Assembly (NCBI GenBank): GCA_030141605.1
Contig: JAQGDQ010000004.1
Coordinates: 434,001 to 498,000 of the forward strand
Length of the DNA stretch: 64,000 nucleotides
Source of the DNA: Tubiluchus corallicola
Lineage: Eukaryota; Animalia; Priapulida
Reading direction: 5' to 3'
The position numbers and the translations under genes were made by a program. Positions 40,591-64,000 of the stretch are shown here, one piece after another; within the stretch, counting starts at the first letter, position 1, and the number at the start of each line of letters is the position of its first letter. Under the pieces are notes generated by a model that worked only from the letters and a program-made list of their open reading frames with translations, ran no database searches and was not told the origin of the DNA.

Positions 40591-42739
40591 GTTGTTTATT
40601 TAGGTTCGTTGTGTGAAATAATTTGTTTTCCTGAAACGGTGTTATGAAATGAATAAACTAAGTCTAATCTGAGTAATTTTGAAACTAGTAAAGTAGTATT
40701 TAATTATAGTAATTAGTACTCAAACTTATAAAGTTAGGAAGTGGATATTGTTCCGATGATAGTATACACATTTCTGAAGGATAAATTTCCGATAATCATA
40801 TATGGAATTAGCCAAAACTTTTCCAACCTTGCTGCTAGTGTTTCAAGAACTTGGTTTAAGTGTAGTGCTACTACGAGTACTAGTACTAGTAGTAGTTATC
40901 TATTTCTAAGAAAATAATTTAAAATTAAAATACCAAAAATGAGATCTATTAATGCAGAGAAATTTCGGACATAAACACTAAACATTCTGAAACACAAAAC
41001 TCGCTTAGCTCCATCTTCAGTGATTTTAGTGCCTTGACATGCAGAGGCGACCTAGCAATGCCGACTCAGCTGCTTGCAACAAAAATAGATTCTGACTGGG
41101 CTGCTAGTGTTACTGTCCATCTGTGGCCTGACGTCTGACAAACAAACAACTATGCTGCAGTATAAAATAATGCTGTTGGCTAAGTGTGTTTTCGACATTA
41201 TAGAAAATAGGTTTTAAGCAATTGTGACTCAATAGTTTTCCATAATGTTACACTTTTTTAATAAAGCAAAAAATTCTCTTTCAGGCACAAATAAGCATTT
41301 TAATGTAGTTAACTTCAAAACTTTGTGCCATCTAAATTTCAGGAAACTTTGTAAAAAATGTGAATCTGCCTCAGTATCTTTTGATTGTTAAGCAGTAAGA
41401 AGTACTGGAAGCAATAATAATGTTCCCAATTTTGATATCTGTTGAAAGAGCGTTTTCTGGTCTATAAGGACATGTATATTTTGTCTGAAAGCAGTATTTT
41501 TTACTTCGCAAAATTTGTCGATAAATCCAAAAAAGAAACACAGACTTTTCAGTGAATCAAGCATTTTTGTGATTGCACCAGCTAGAGGCAAGTATGTTAC
41601 ATTCATGTTTACTATAAATACTAATGAGTTAAGAGTGCAACCATCTTGCAAAATCAACTAAAATTTGGATTAAAATTACTTTTTTGGTCCCTTGTGCACT
41701 ACATAAATTCTTTTGGTTCTCGCTGTCTCTCTCTTCCAGTTATATTTTCTATAATATATATTTAAAATAAAATGACGGAACCCTCAACTTCCCACCTGTT
41801 TCTCAATGTTTTGCCTGAGATGTGCATTGCCTGTAACAATAGATCGGCACTCCTATATTCCGGAGATGGGTGGGTAGGTTTAAAAATCTGTGATACAGAC
41901 TGTCGAAAGAATATCAATTTTTTGATAATTGGAAGTTTGTGGTTCCTATGATCTGAACTTGAGCAACAGTTCCAATGATTGGAACAGTATATCGTTAATT
42001 CAGGAGTACGATCATCGGAACAATTACACTTTCTGAAAGTTAACTTCTATGTGCAGCCCTGATGTAGAAGCATAATAATAATTAATATTATTTATATTTA
42101 ATAATTATTTGATTGACATCAGATAAATACTTTTAAGCTAATTAAAAAAGAAAAAAAAATTCGAAATTGTTATGGCCTTTACTATTTAAACTGTGAGGCT
42201 TGTGTTCATTGTTCAATGAATAGCATTGAATCTGTACCACTGAATGGTTTGGTGACTCTAGCCTACAGCTACCATTGAGCATGCTGCTCTCATAGCACTT
42301 ATAGGAAAAGACAAATGCCTTAGCATGTTGGGGTTATTTTACTGTTACCACCTAAACTTAAAAAAATATAGCTTAGAAATTCGCAAAAAACTTTCTATAA
42401 AGCATAAATCTAAAATATACTACCCCAGGCCTGGTGGTTGATGCCATTCGTTTGAAAATTATGATGTAACTGGACGACTTTGTGATTTTTCGTAAGCCCG
42501 TGCTGCTTGAACTAATGTACCTAATATTTTAGCTTACCTAATATTCACACAAAAATGTTACAAAATCAGCAATCTAATGTTTTTTTAAAAAGTTATTATA
42601 CTTTAATGAAGATTAACAGTGTGCTACTTTTCTTCAGGACGAATGATGTCATTTGAAGAAGAATGGGCATTCAAAATGGGGGTGCCCAAGCATGAACTGA
42701 TCATGACTTTAAAGTGATTTTACTAATTACACGAGGCCC

Positions 42740-43790
42740 TTATTACACTTTTATTACTAAATCATTCTGATAGTTTTTTGCAAACATAGAAATAAGCATA
42801 ACTTCCCAGAAGGCTTGACTTTTCCTTTACTGATGTCCTCTGAAGTTATTACATTACTTGGAAGATGATTCCGTAAACTAATGATATGATGACTAAAGGA
42901 ATGTAAGAAATGTTTCCGTACTTTAGTTCTAACATTAGACAAAAATCTAACAGAATGTCCCCGTAGCTGACGAAAAGGCCTAAAAAGGGAAATTCGTTGA
43001 CTGCAGTATAGTATCATCATTCAGAGTCTTATGTGTGTTTGTCAAATCAATAGTACTGTGCTTTTGCTCTTGAGAAGACTGATAGCTGATAAATCGACAT
43101 CATGCAATAAGCAAAGACAATGCTTCTCATTTCTTTCAAGGCACTGAATATATGTAACACACTGTAGTGATCATACAGCTGCAGCAACTAGGGACCAAAC
43201 CAAACTTTATAAAAAGGCAAAAAGTTTGCTTTGTCATACCAATACATCTATTGTTTTTTCTTGTTTAATTCAGCAGTATGATTGATAAATTTCAGTTCAT
43301 TAGACACAATCACTCCTAGTTCTTTAAAGCTAGAAACTTCACAGACTATTTTATCATTAATTGCATAATTATAATTAACATAACTTATCATATATAACAG
43401 CCCCCACTTAACAGGCTTAATCTATCAAAACCTTTGATCAGACCATGTTTGAACAGAATCATTGTCAAGCTGAAGCATTGCGCAGCCAAACTGAGACTTG
43501 ATTTCTCGAAATAATTTAATATCATCCACAAACATTGTTATATTGAGAGAAACGTAATCCGAAATATCATTTATATATAAAATAAAACAATGTGAACCAC
43601 TTAACGTTCCTTGAGGTATACCACTCTTGACAATCTTCTAGTGAGTAACAGTATTTAGCACAATACATTGTCGACGGGATGTAAGAAACTGTCAAAACCT
43701 GCATAACATTATACTACAAAAGTTCTAATTTATGCAACAGCCTTTTAAAGGGCATAGTCAAATGCTTTGTAAAACTCAAGATCGATTATG
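42740..43790 (-). mobile_element. CR1-like LINE relic (RT domain and 3' end)
   Basis: Minus strand gives KAFD, SGIPQGT, MFVDDIKLFREI (FADD motif), FKELGVIV and the C-terminal LRGHSVR..VRKHF..NHLP; heavily frameshifted. Confidence 0.8.
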
Positions 43791-44094
43791 TCAGTACTGT
43801 TAACATAGTCTTTATCAAAAGTTTTAGTCCATTCATTAATAGAAAAAAGCTAATTAGAAACAACTGAAAGATCTGGTAACAAACTATGAAACTATGTTGA
43901 AACTTGAGGAATGTTTCATTAACTAAAAAAACCCACAAATCGTCACACCCAATTAGCTTTTCTAAAATTTTCTTAATTGGCCTCTGTGCAATCACATCTT
44001 GCGGTGTCAACAACTTTTGGAAGAGAAGTTGAATTTAAACCTCTTGAACCTTTAATTGCTAGGCTTACTCTAGTGCTTCTGGCAGTAATTGTTT

Positions 44095-45870
44095 ATTTTT
44101 ATTTATTTTATTCTTTATTTCAGCTCGTACACTTAGTCTGAAGTCATAAAAGTGCAATAATTACTAAAAAACTAATTATAAAAAATAACCTTACAATTTA
44201 CACGGAAAATAAAAAGAGAAATTAGTTAAAATGTTTACAAAAATAACATACATTAAAAGTACAGTAAAATTATATTCCAATGGGCAAAAATTTTGGAACA
44301 TATAAAAACATCGCTATTGTAAATTACTAAACCATTACAAAAGTTCAAAACATGGCATCTAAGATTATATGTACATTTACATATGTACATAACTTTAAAA
44401 TGATTAATATCATTTTCTACATAGATTGTAGAAACTCGAGTACCACATCTATATTTGAAGAATTTTACCATAGCTGTGTAGTAAGCAGACTTTAGCTTAC
44501 AAGTAATATTTCATCCAGAGATTGGAACAAGAAAATGATGAACAATATGACTTAAATAGCGTACATTTTACATCCATTGAACAATAAGAAAAATGTCTTA
44601 TAAGGGTGTTTACTCTGATATAAAATAAGCGAAGTTGATTAAGAACACCATCGTCATCTTTTCTATCATCTGGCAGTATGTGACCTAGATACTTGGTTGG
44701 ATACTAGATACTAGATACTAGATACTAGATACGTGACCTAAAAACATTGTTACTAATTCTAGTTTTTTGTCTCGGAGTGTGATGTCACCTAAACTATTCG
44801 ACAAATTATACGAACATTCCGTTTTTGAAGCATCAATCATGAAGTGTTTTTGTCGTTATCATGAGCAAACATTTGACAGCAAGTCAGTAAACCCTGCACA
44901 GCAGGTAAGGTAGGGGCGATTAAACAAAGGTCATCAGCATATAGCAAGTGGTTAGTGATAATATTACCAAGACGACAAACGGTATTAGTTTTCAGGGATA
45001 GTTTTTTTGATAAATTATTTAGTATAAGGAGAAAAGTAGAGGAGAGAATATGCCACTCTGATGAACACCATTACTAATGTTAAATGAATTGGATACAGTT
45101 TCTCCCCAATGTATGTTAGTGCATTGAGATGAGTACCAAAATTTTAAAAACCAATGACAGGGGAGGGGAAATCGATATTTTTCACATGATTTTTTTGAAC
45201 AAAATTCAATGATTAACCCTATCAAAGGGTTTGCTTGCAACACGAAACATATAAAAATATGGCTATTATGATCTCTGTATTGTTGAATAACCTCTTTAAG
45301 GAGATAAATGTACAGATCTGTGCTATGACCTTTCTACGTATAAGTAGATGTATTAGTCCGAATTATTCTAAGTCCGAACTATGTATCAGTAGATGTTAGG
45401 TAATCTGACCATGTATTAACAATGACACGCTCTGAAATTTTTCTAAGTTACTGAGCTAATAATACCTTTGGAAATATACCTATGATTACAGAGACTAGTA
45501 TACAAAAGACTAAGTATGGTGTACACTATATTATGAGCATAAATGATGTGTTCAGATGTTATGCCATCTGGACCAGGAGATTTATGTTTCTTAAAGTTCT
45601 TAACAGCATTAACAATATTGCACACCTTAAAATCCATACAGCTGTCGAATACATTGTTATAAGGTTTATAACTTTGTTTACTAATATTGGGAGTAAAGTT
45701 CAATAAATTTTTGTAACCATTCATCCACATATTACATATATCAGTGTCGCCGTGTGCATTCGCAACTTTTGAATGCAAAGTATTATAGTTCTGAAATTTT
45801 CATTTTTTCCAGAATTTGTAAGGTAATTCATTTTTCAAACTGTTTGCTAAATTATCTGATTGACAACAAG
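44095..45870 (-). mobile_element. Non-LTR retrotransposon relic (ORF2 RT; clade not determined)
   Basis: Minus strand gives KSPGPDGITSEHIIYA, SNGVHQSGIFSPLLFSLY, NHLLYADDLCLIAP and KYLGHI. An AATAAA-rich 3' tail lies at ~44095-44125. Confidence 0.85.
44700..44732. repeat. (GATACTA)n short tandem repeat inside the LINE relic
   Basis: Four and a half copies, directly visible. Confidence 0.9.
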
Positions 45871-45998
45871 CTTCACTCACATTTTCAGTTTTGCAATTAA
45901 ACAAATTTAGGTTATCCATTATTTGTGACTGTTGCTTTACTATTTCAGATTTGGACATAAGTTATTACAAAAATCTTTTATTGCACCTGTAAAAAGCC

Positions 45999-56169
<10,171 letters not shown>

Positions 56170-59152
56170 CGAGCATCATACTAGTTAAATGCTACTGTTA
56201 TTAAATTTAATTTATGGTTTATTGTGTATTATTATAGACTGTTCTACAGTAATTTTTGGTACATATTCCATGTATAGTATATTTTAAACAATTCAGCAAG
56301 TACAAGTTATTAATATTAATTTAATGTTTGTTGTATTAGAAATAGATGTTGTACTAGATGCTTCCAGAACAGCCTTCACTTGATGTATATCGTATATATC
56401 AATTAGTCTTCCTCATAAACTGTTTCCATCAGTAACAATTTTTTCAGTTACTCAACAAATGGAAAAGTTAAATAGGGCATTTTTGTAACCGAAATTCTTG
56501 ATGTTGATCTCATCATAGCAGATTATAGATTAATTATAAGATGTAAAATCTAATCATTCATTAACACTTCGTTTCAACTTTTTGTTGTCTGGTCACATTT
56601 TTGTAAAATACGTTATAATGTATAATATTTTGTAAAATATTATTAGTTGTACTATTTTATTAGTTAATAGACCTCAGTAAAGCTTTCTTTGAAAAAATTG
56701 AACTTGTAGAATGGAAATTTTGTTTTATAACAGCTTTAGTGTGATTTCAGCACAGTTCAGTGTGGCTTTGGAAGAGCAGTAAAATTTTATTTAGTTTCAT
56801 TTTATACTCACTTTTCAGAAGCTTCAAAAAGTATTGATTCTTCAGAAATCATAGACACTAATAGAAGTGAAAAATTATATTTGTAAACGTATTTGAGTAA
56901 AGTTTCCGAGAACAATTTTTTTACAGATGAGTTGCATCACTAAAATCTTCAAATCTAGCAAAAATTAAAATCTGCAACATAGTACAATTAAAAAGCTCAA
57001 ATAAATTTGTTAGATTCCGATATCTTGGCATACTCATAAAACATTCGTTTATACATGTAATCACATATTTACCAAAATAATTTCTAGGCAAAGAAGTAAT
57101 GCTGTTTTTATTCTATAAAGCTACACACTTGGGTTATGTATTAAAGCATAGATATTTTTACTTCTTGTTGGAAACAGTAAACATGGTCATTACTGTTACA
57201 CTTTAAAACAAGCAACAAAGAAAGCCTGGGTACTGCATTTTGCAGTAATTATATGTCAAGTCGCTTTTATATCAATTGAAAAATACATGGGAGTTTTGGC
57301 TTCACAATAATTTGAAAAAAGAAAACACTAATGTTTACACTTTGCACTATTCTGGAAAACAGTCAGCTTTCTGTAAAGACCTTTTGCTTTCTATAGAACA
57401 TCATACTATGAAATACTAATAACAACAAACACTGATTATACAATGCAAAAAGAGAGTACAAGATATCAGTTTGCAGCTGTTCTAACAAACATAGTCTTTA
57501 TATATAACCCAGAGAATGCAGGCAACAGTATAGGTAATCGCACAGGAGATCATCAAAGTGTAGCAGGCTTATTTTAAGTTAAATTCAAGTAATAAATGTG
57601 GGATGCTTAACTAAGAAGAAATGCTATTAGCACTATTGTTAAAACTGCATACATCTGTATATAATTTAATGGGAAAAATTTAATCAAAATTTGAAACATT
57701 CATAAAAAACTATCTGCAAAAATGTCGAACTCTGTACTAGTTTGTTAGTACAGAAGTTACGATTGATCTTCGGTTAAGTTACTACTGTCACAGCAGTACT
57801 TGTGTAATGTGCACAGTAAACATGTTTCAGGAGTCATGTGGTTTCCTAAAGTTAAACCTCTGCAGACTTCTGTAAGCACTTATGCGAAGTACCAAAGGCA
57901 ATTCTGCAGTTCAGTAAATCTTGATGAAGTCTTCAAGTCTTGTAACTCTGAAAGCTTTCCTGGTAAATATGTGTAAAGCTAGAATTTATAAAAAAAGCAC
58001 AGCACGATCCCTGAGCAGGGCTTTCTGAGGACAAATTATCTATATATATATCAACTCTGATTGGAATATATAATATATTCCAATTCTGAAAAGAAGTTTA
58101 CGACAAATTATACTGATTAAATGCAAAATTAAGCCATGCTTTAGTGATGATGCAACAACTGGCAACCAGAGTGCAACAAATATGAATCATGGACAATGTC
58201 AATGTGATCAGAATAGCAACACAATCTTCGTCAGTGAAAAAAGCAAAATAACAATAATGCAATTGTGACTGCAGATTCTCTAACGGCACATAAAATTCTA
58301 CAAATTGAATACGTGTTACAAAATACACATAAAATACAAAATCACCATGGCCTGGAGTCATCAATGACACTTAAGTGCAATACATTTGTGTGCATAAATG
58401 TTTTGTTGCGATTCATCAAGTGTACCAAGAAAAGACTGTCCTCCTAAGTGCATTCGGAGTTGAGGGTACTGAAATATTTTTTGGAATCCATCAAACACGT
58501 TATTGTTCTAACTTTAAACAACTCTGAAGCAGAGGTAAATACCCACTTATTTCAGTTTCGAATTATAATCTGCGATTTCAAGATGATAATTGTGCACAAA
58601 CATCACCGCCGTTGCTAAGGCATCGCTATATGGGAAAATATGTTACATTAATTTTTATTTTGCATATGATATATTCTCATAAACTGCCAAAAACCTGCAA
58701 AAGGTGTTAAAAGCCTTTTTGCTTATGATTAGCAAAAAATATAGATGTCAGTGAAATTTTTAACGGCAATTTATTAATTACTCAATTTACAACGTGCCCA
58801 TTATGTATTCACAGTGCGTTGGCATTTCTGGAAATAATACCACTTGCCCGAAATTTATGAACGAACTTTTGTAGCTACGCCTACACGCACAAGCCTAAGC
58901 ATGCTAAAAACTTGTTTTCATGTAGAACACTTAAGTATACTATAGTGTTCTACATATGCTACATAGAATAGAGCACTTACAGCTGTCGCTAATAATGCAC
59001 TTAAGTATACTGAGTTATGCGAGCTTCATGATGTTTCAATAACATGTTTTTATAAATCAATTAGCTTTTCCTTCCTTGAAGAAAGAAACAAGTGCTGCCT
59101 CTTTTCAAGTGAAATGAAAAGCACAATAATAAAAGAATAAACTTTAGACTAT

Positions 59153-62100
59153 TTAACTCATATCAAAATAATCCATAACAGGCTCAGAAGCAGTGCCTAG
59201 GATGGCTGTGCTTTGACTAGCAGCTTTAGCAGCAGCTTTTAGTTGCTCTGCATCAATGTTAGGTGGAATCGGCAATGGAGCTTTGGGATTCTTTTCACGC
59301 TGTACTAATGTCGTAAGTGATATTGATGGCATGAAACATTTGTCCCTGTTAAAAAACAAAACAAAAACAACAATATATTAAACATTATAACTGGTGCTAA
59401 ACTTGTGAACATGTCACTTTTTGTTAGGTTTAAAGCAAAGCCTATGAAAAATGAAGACCAAACCTGCACCTGCAGTCCACACTTCGTCAGTGAAAAATAA
59501 GGGAAATCAATACTTTTGTAATAAATTCCAATTTTCCATTTTCTGTAACCCAGGAAGTATTTAAATAAAAAAACATACCCAGAAGAATTAATATTTAAAA
59601 TAGATATTAAATAAATTTAATATTTTTGATCACTGGGCAACAATAGTAAAAATATATTGAATTATTTGGGATATGTGCACGTATGGCATAACCAAAGTAC
59701 ATTCAGGTCAGCAAAATTATCATGCAAGTGCAGGAACAATATAGTTTATATTGGTAAAAAGTACTGTTTGACGATAATAAGGACACAAGTAGGGGAGCAG
59801 CTCAAAATAAAATAAAGACATACTGCACCTTCAAAAAGGAATACTGACTTGAAAAATATTTATCACTTAATGCCACAATGCAGGCTATAATAAATTTAGG
59901 ATAAGCGTCCATAATTTGGCCCATGAATCTGGTACCATAAACTTTGTAAAACACTTGTGCGTGATATTGTGACCTTAACCAAGCTGAAGATGAAATGCGC
60001 TTACTTACGAAATGTACACGTTATCAGTATGATAGATTAGACACTTATTAATAATACTGAAAACTTGTTTCCTGCATTTTTTGCCATACCAAATGACAAT
60101 GTTAAATTTGCCTTTATAATGAGTAGTCAAGATTTCGAATTATGCAAGATTGTTGCATTTTTCTGGAATCAGCCTCTCAGACTAGGAATCTGTTATGGTC
60201 TAACTAAAATCTAGATACAATTGTGTAAACAGTTAGTAATATTGCTTCATGTAACATTGTTGTGATTACTATTTCAATATTTGTATAAATTAAATGCTAT
60301 TAGTTTTACATGCTCGAGCCACAATATTCCTTTGTAATGGAATTTTGTCTCTAGTAAACATTTCTTTCACTGTTGATTAAATCTGTCTTGCTTATCCATA
60401 CGTAATGTAATGTATATAATGGTGGTTCAATAAACGAACATATATCAGGAGAAAATAAAAAAACTGATTTTACCAGAATTATCAGTTATCAACATTAAGT
60501 ATGTTTACAATGACAAAAATGTGAGGAGAACCTTCTGAATTTTACAATTATTTGGCTCATAACAAGCCATTTGTGCTTCTCTAAAGAAAAAGATTCTGTG
60601 ACTCCCACTCATTTGTGTATTTAATTTACAGTGTTCACTCTCAAGATCAGTTTAAAATGGTTACACAAATAAGTTTTGCATGTATGCCTAATTAAAAAGT
60701 TACCAATTACCACTGCTTTGACATCAGACCTGAACAGATACTTTTCAACACACTCAGAGAAAATTAACCTGTCACATACATGAAACTGAGCACTTAGTAT
60801 AACAGCAATTTATACGATATTTAAAGGATGTTGATACAGACTCCATGACCCATCCGTGTGTTTCGACCTAAACCATACGACTTCAAAACAACTCATTCCA
60901 CACACTCAAACAAATATCTTTGGTGAGCCCTCCAGAATTAGTCCACATACTTGGACCAAGGGTATGCACCCTCTACACTTATGGTAATGGATGTATACCT
61001 ATAAGTGGGCATATAGGTGTAGAACGCAGAATGCATCCAAATGAGTGTCCATGGGATAACAGAATATTTGCTCAAATCTAACAATGCAACAAATATTTAG
61101 TAGTACTTTCGGCAGCTATATCTCACTTCTGCACAACAGACAGTTATGCTAATACTTTGGCCTATCCACGTACTTGAATTAATATAGACACCAGGACCCT
61201 TCTGTAATTTTTCAACTTGTACATACCCGTTACTTGGTATTTAGTAATAATTTTATTCTATACCTTTCAGCAGTTGCAACAACATTTTTCTTTGGTTCCT
61301 CATCGTAACTTTGTGTTTGGCATCCATAGAATTCAGCTAATTCATGTATACATTTCCTTTGCATTCTGTTCATAATAGGAAAGGCATGACTCTTCCGTGG
61401 CTGTTTGGCCTAAAATCAAAACTCCAAAAGTTAGACTGTCAACACCTAAAGTAAGCACTGAAGTCTCCCACATATATATTTCAGATAGTCGTATGGTTGA
61501 CTAATGCACAAATAGTGTTAACAAAACAGTGCCAACAATAATGTTACACAAATGGCTGTCAAAAGGATTTCAAAGCTCTATATAACTAGGTGCCAACTTT
61601 ACTAAAAAAAAGTTGATATTTCATTCAACAATGCTGTGTCAAAACAAAAGGCTTCTATTGCAACAAAGCTTACAATTCGTACAACCAAAGGTATAACATT
61701 CAGGGGCCTTTGCATTTATTGCAGGAACTCCTTCATTGACTACTTTGTGTTATATAAAGCACTATATTAAAAAGCAATTGTTTTAATCTTTTTCTTTAAA
61801 TCGTAAATCAGTGTTTTGTGTTCAGTCATGCATCAATTTTTTTCTTATGGGCAGGTTGTAAATTTATCACTATAAATGTGTCAACAAGACTAACTGGTTC
61901 CTCTTGTTCAATATGGTGTTGTCACGCAGAGTTACCTAACCTAAGTAGTTTATAAAATTTTCCAAAGTTAGATGTTAGCTAGTGAAAAAATAAAAAGATA
62001 AAATAAAAATTCAACTAAACCACATTTGTTGGCTAGTAGAAATCAAACTGTGTTAAAGAAAACAAACCTTTTTTGCTGTGTGAACTAAGTCTGCGAGCTG

Positions 62101-63977
62101 TTTCTCCACAGTAGCTGTAAACTGAAGGTTCTTTTTAGCAAAATCCTTTAGGGAATCTGTGTAGCTAGGATTACCAAGTTTGTTTGATAATTCTGGATTA
62201 GCGATCTGGAGAGCAAGTGAAATACGACGGTTTCGCTCAATAATGGCGCATTCTTCATTACATTCCAACCTACAAAGAAACAGGTAATCACATATTTAAA
62301 AATGAAACAAGGTATGTTTTTCACCTGTGCTGTAATTCTCAAAAAATAATTCTCAGGGACATTTTTCCCAGTTGTGATCCATCCATTTAAGAAACAAATT
62401 CAATGCTGCTTTACTATTATACTTAACCACACACCATAATCCTCAGCATTCTTTTTGCCTCCAAGAAACTGTCCCAAAGCAGAGTTAAAAAGAAAATTAG
62501 ATGCAGACTATCCCAGAAGATTAATTCCAAAAGGTAACAGTCAATTTGAACTTAAAAAGCTAACAGTTTCATAAATGTTTATGCTCCTAAGTCACAATTT
62601 AATTTATAATATACTTGTCGTTGCTTACCGCTCCATAAAGAACAAAAGCATTATAATGTCTTTCTAAAAGGTATGTGCATAATACAAAGTCTCACCCACA
62701 GTTTTCCCGTCTTGCACTTGCATCCATTAGTCCACTAATGTCCACTGACTGACCAGATTGCATTTCAGTCACTTTACTTCCTAACACGGACATGGTCAGT
62801 TTACTCAACAAAGCTGAGTGCTTATAACAAGACATCTTTTCTCTACGATGACCACACGGACACTTAACCAATACCTAAAATGAAAATTGTTAAAAATTAA
62901 ATAAACAAAAAGACTACAAAAGAGAAGACATCACAGAAAAATAAGTTAGTCTTTTTAAAAATGCCATTACAGTTTACAATGACAGTAAACACCATGTGGC
63001 ATCACTAGGAGGGTGCGGGCCTCACCGAGTGACACCACAAATGAGTATATGACTGGTATTATGGCCCTGCTTATTTTGGACTGAGATACCAAGAAGCTGG
63101 ACCCAAATCTTCAAAATTTTCTTTCTCTGGCTCCTACCTTCGGTGCTCGAGGCTATGTGGTGAAGACTAGGAAAGGAAAGTTCTGATTGTTGACATATAA
63201 TTAGTAAAAACAGAATTATTTGTGTTTCAAAACCAGTTTCTTTCGATATTTCGTCTAAGTCATATATATATCATACACCAACCCTAGCGACAGCCCTGCC
63301 ATTTGCCAAAGAATTTGGATATTCAGGGCAAATGACTTTTTATTATTGTCACAACTTTTCCCAGTTAAAAATCTATCCAATACACCAGATGCAGTACGAA
63401 ATTAAAATATATTTCATCATGAAAGTAGCAAAAATGTCATCAAGGAAAAACGATACGTTCTGAATTAATGGTAAACCTTAAGTTGTTTAAGATCATTTCT
63501 CTATTTATTTATTTGCACATCTGACAACATTAAAGTCTGCTGCAGCAACCAGCAGCTTTAATTACAAATATTGCAATTTACAATTAAGCACGATGCGATT
63601 TATGATGTCCAGCAATTGTAGGACAATCATGATTGTCAAACATCTCATAGGTGACCACCAATTTCATTGTTCTTTATTCTTTCAATCCCTAGGCTAAAGC
63701 TATTAATTTAATACTAAACGAACATAAAGTATTAAGTTTGATCAATCAATATCTAGCTACTACTTTGTTTCGCAAAAATCGATGATTGTTTTTTAGAATC
63801 TAGCTGCAGCTGACACAAGTAGCAACACTATAGTTGTCCCAACCGTACCTCTGCTTTGCAAGTTGTGCTAGGACAAGGCTTTCCAACATGGCAAACAGCG
63901 GCACATATGTGACCGCATCCAACTCGTAATTGCCTGCATGGTTGATTACATGATTCTGACTCCGCCAAGCAGGTTCC
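59153..63977 (-). CDS. NFX1: NFX1/shuttle craft-like transcriptional repressor, 3' five exons (last NF-X1 zinc fingers and R3H domain); 5' part off-window
   Basis: Exons: 63849-63977 (CNQPCRQLRVGCGHICAAVCHVGKPCP), 62696-62874 (VKCPCGHRREKMSC), 62068-62269 (LECNEECAIIERNRRISLALQI), 61264-61409 (R3H: HAFPIMNRMQRKCIHELAEFYGCQTQSYDEEPKKNVVATA), 59153-59345 (..MDYFDMS*). Phases are consistent. Confidence 0.95.
62994..63038. mobile_element. Terminal fragment of a hAT-like MITE in an NFX1 intron
   Basis: The GC-rich gtggcatcactaggagggtgcgggcctcaccgagtgacacc resembles common CAGTGGCGTCACTAG-type hAT termini. The other end was not identified. Confidence 0.35.
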
Positions 63978-64000
63978 CTAAATACCAGTAAATCATAACT

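Noticed and set aside
41388-41657. ORF faintly resembling a LINE endonuclease N-terminus
   Set aside because: The similarity is too weak to support a call.

Overview
AT-rich, intron-rich genomic DNA from an animal, probably a marine invertebrate. The taxon is inferred only from repeat types such as a GalEa-like Copia relic and TGACCTT-type repeats. I reconstructed four spliced genes by hand from GT-AG junctions with consistent phases. (1) A class IIa histone deacetylase (HDAC4/5/7/9 type) on the minus strand, 17 exons over 1-23237, with its 3' end running off the window and its first exon uncertain. (2) A complete FAM134/RETREG ER-phagy receptor on the minus strand, 8 exons over 27457-38434, 484 aa, with a C-terminal LIR. 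(3) A complete gamma-tubulin on the plus strand, 12 exons over 45999-56169, 459 aa, arranged head-to-head with RETREG. (4) The 3' five exons of NFX1 on the minus strand over 59153-63977. Introns and intergenic DNA hold non-autonomous DNA transposons (hAT, Tc1/mariner, pogo, Kolobok-like), LINE and Copia relics, tandem duplications and microsatellites. I found no new protein-coding system. The most interesting signals are regulatory and evolutionary: a MEF2-CRE-MEF2 cluster just upstream of the MEF2 co-repressor HDAC, the divergent RETREG-TUBG pair that also exists in human, and CLEAR/M-box motifs in RETREG intron 3.
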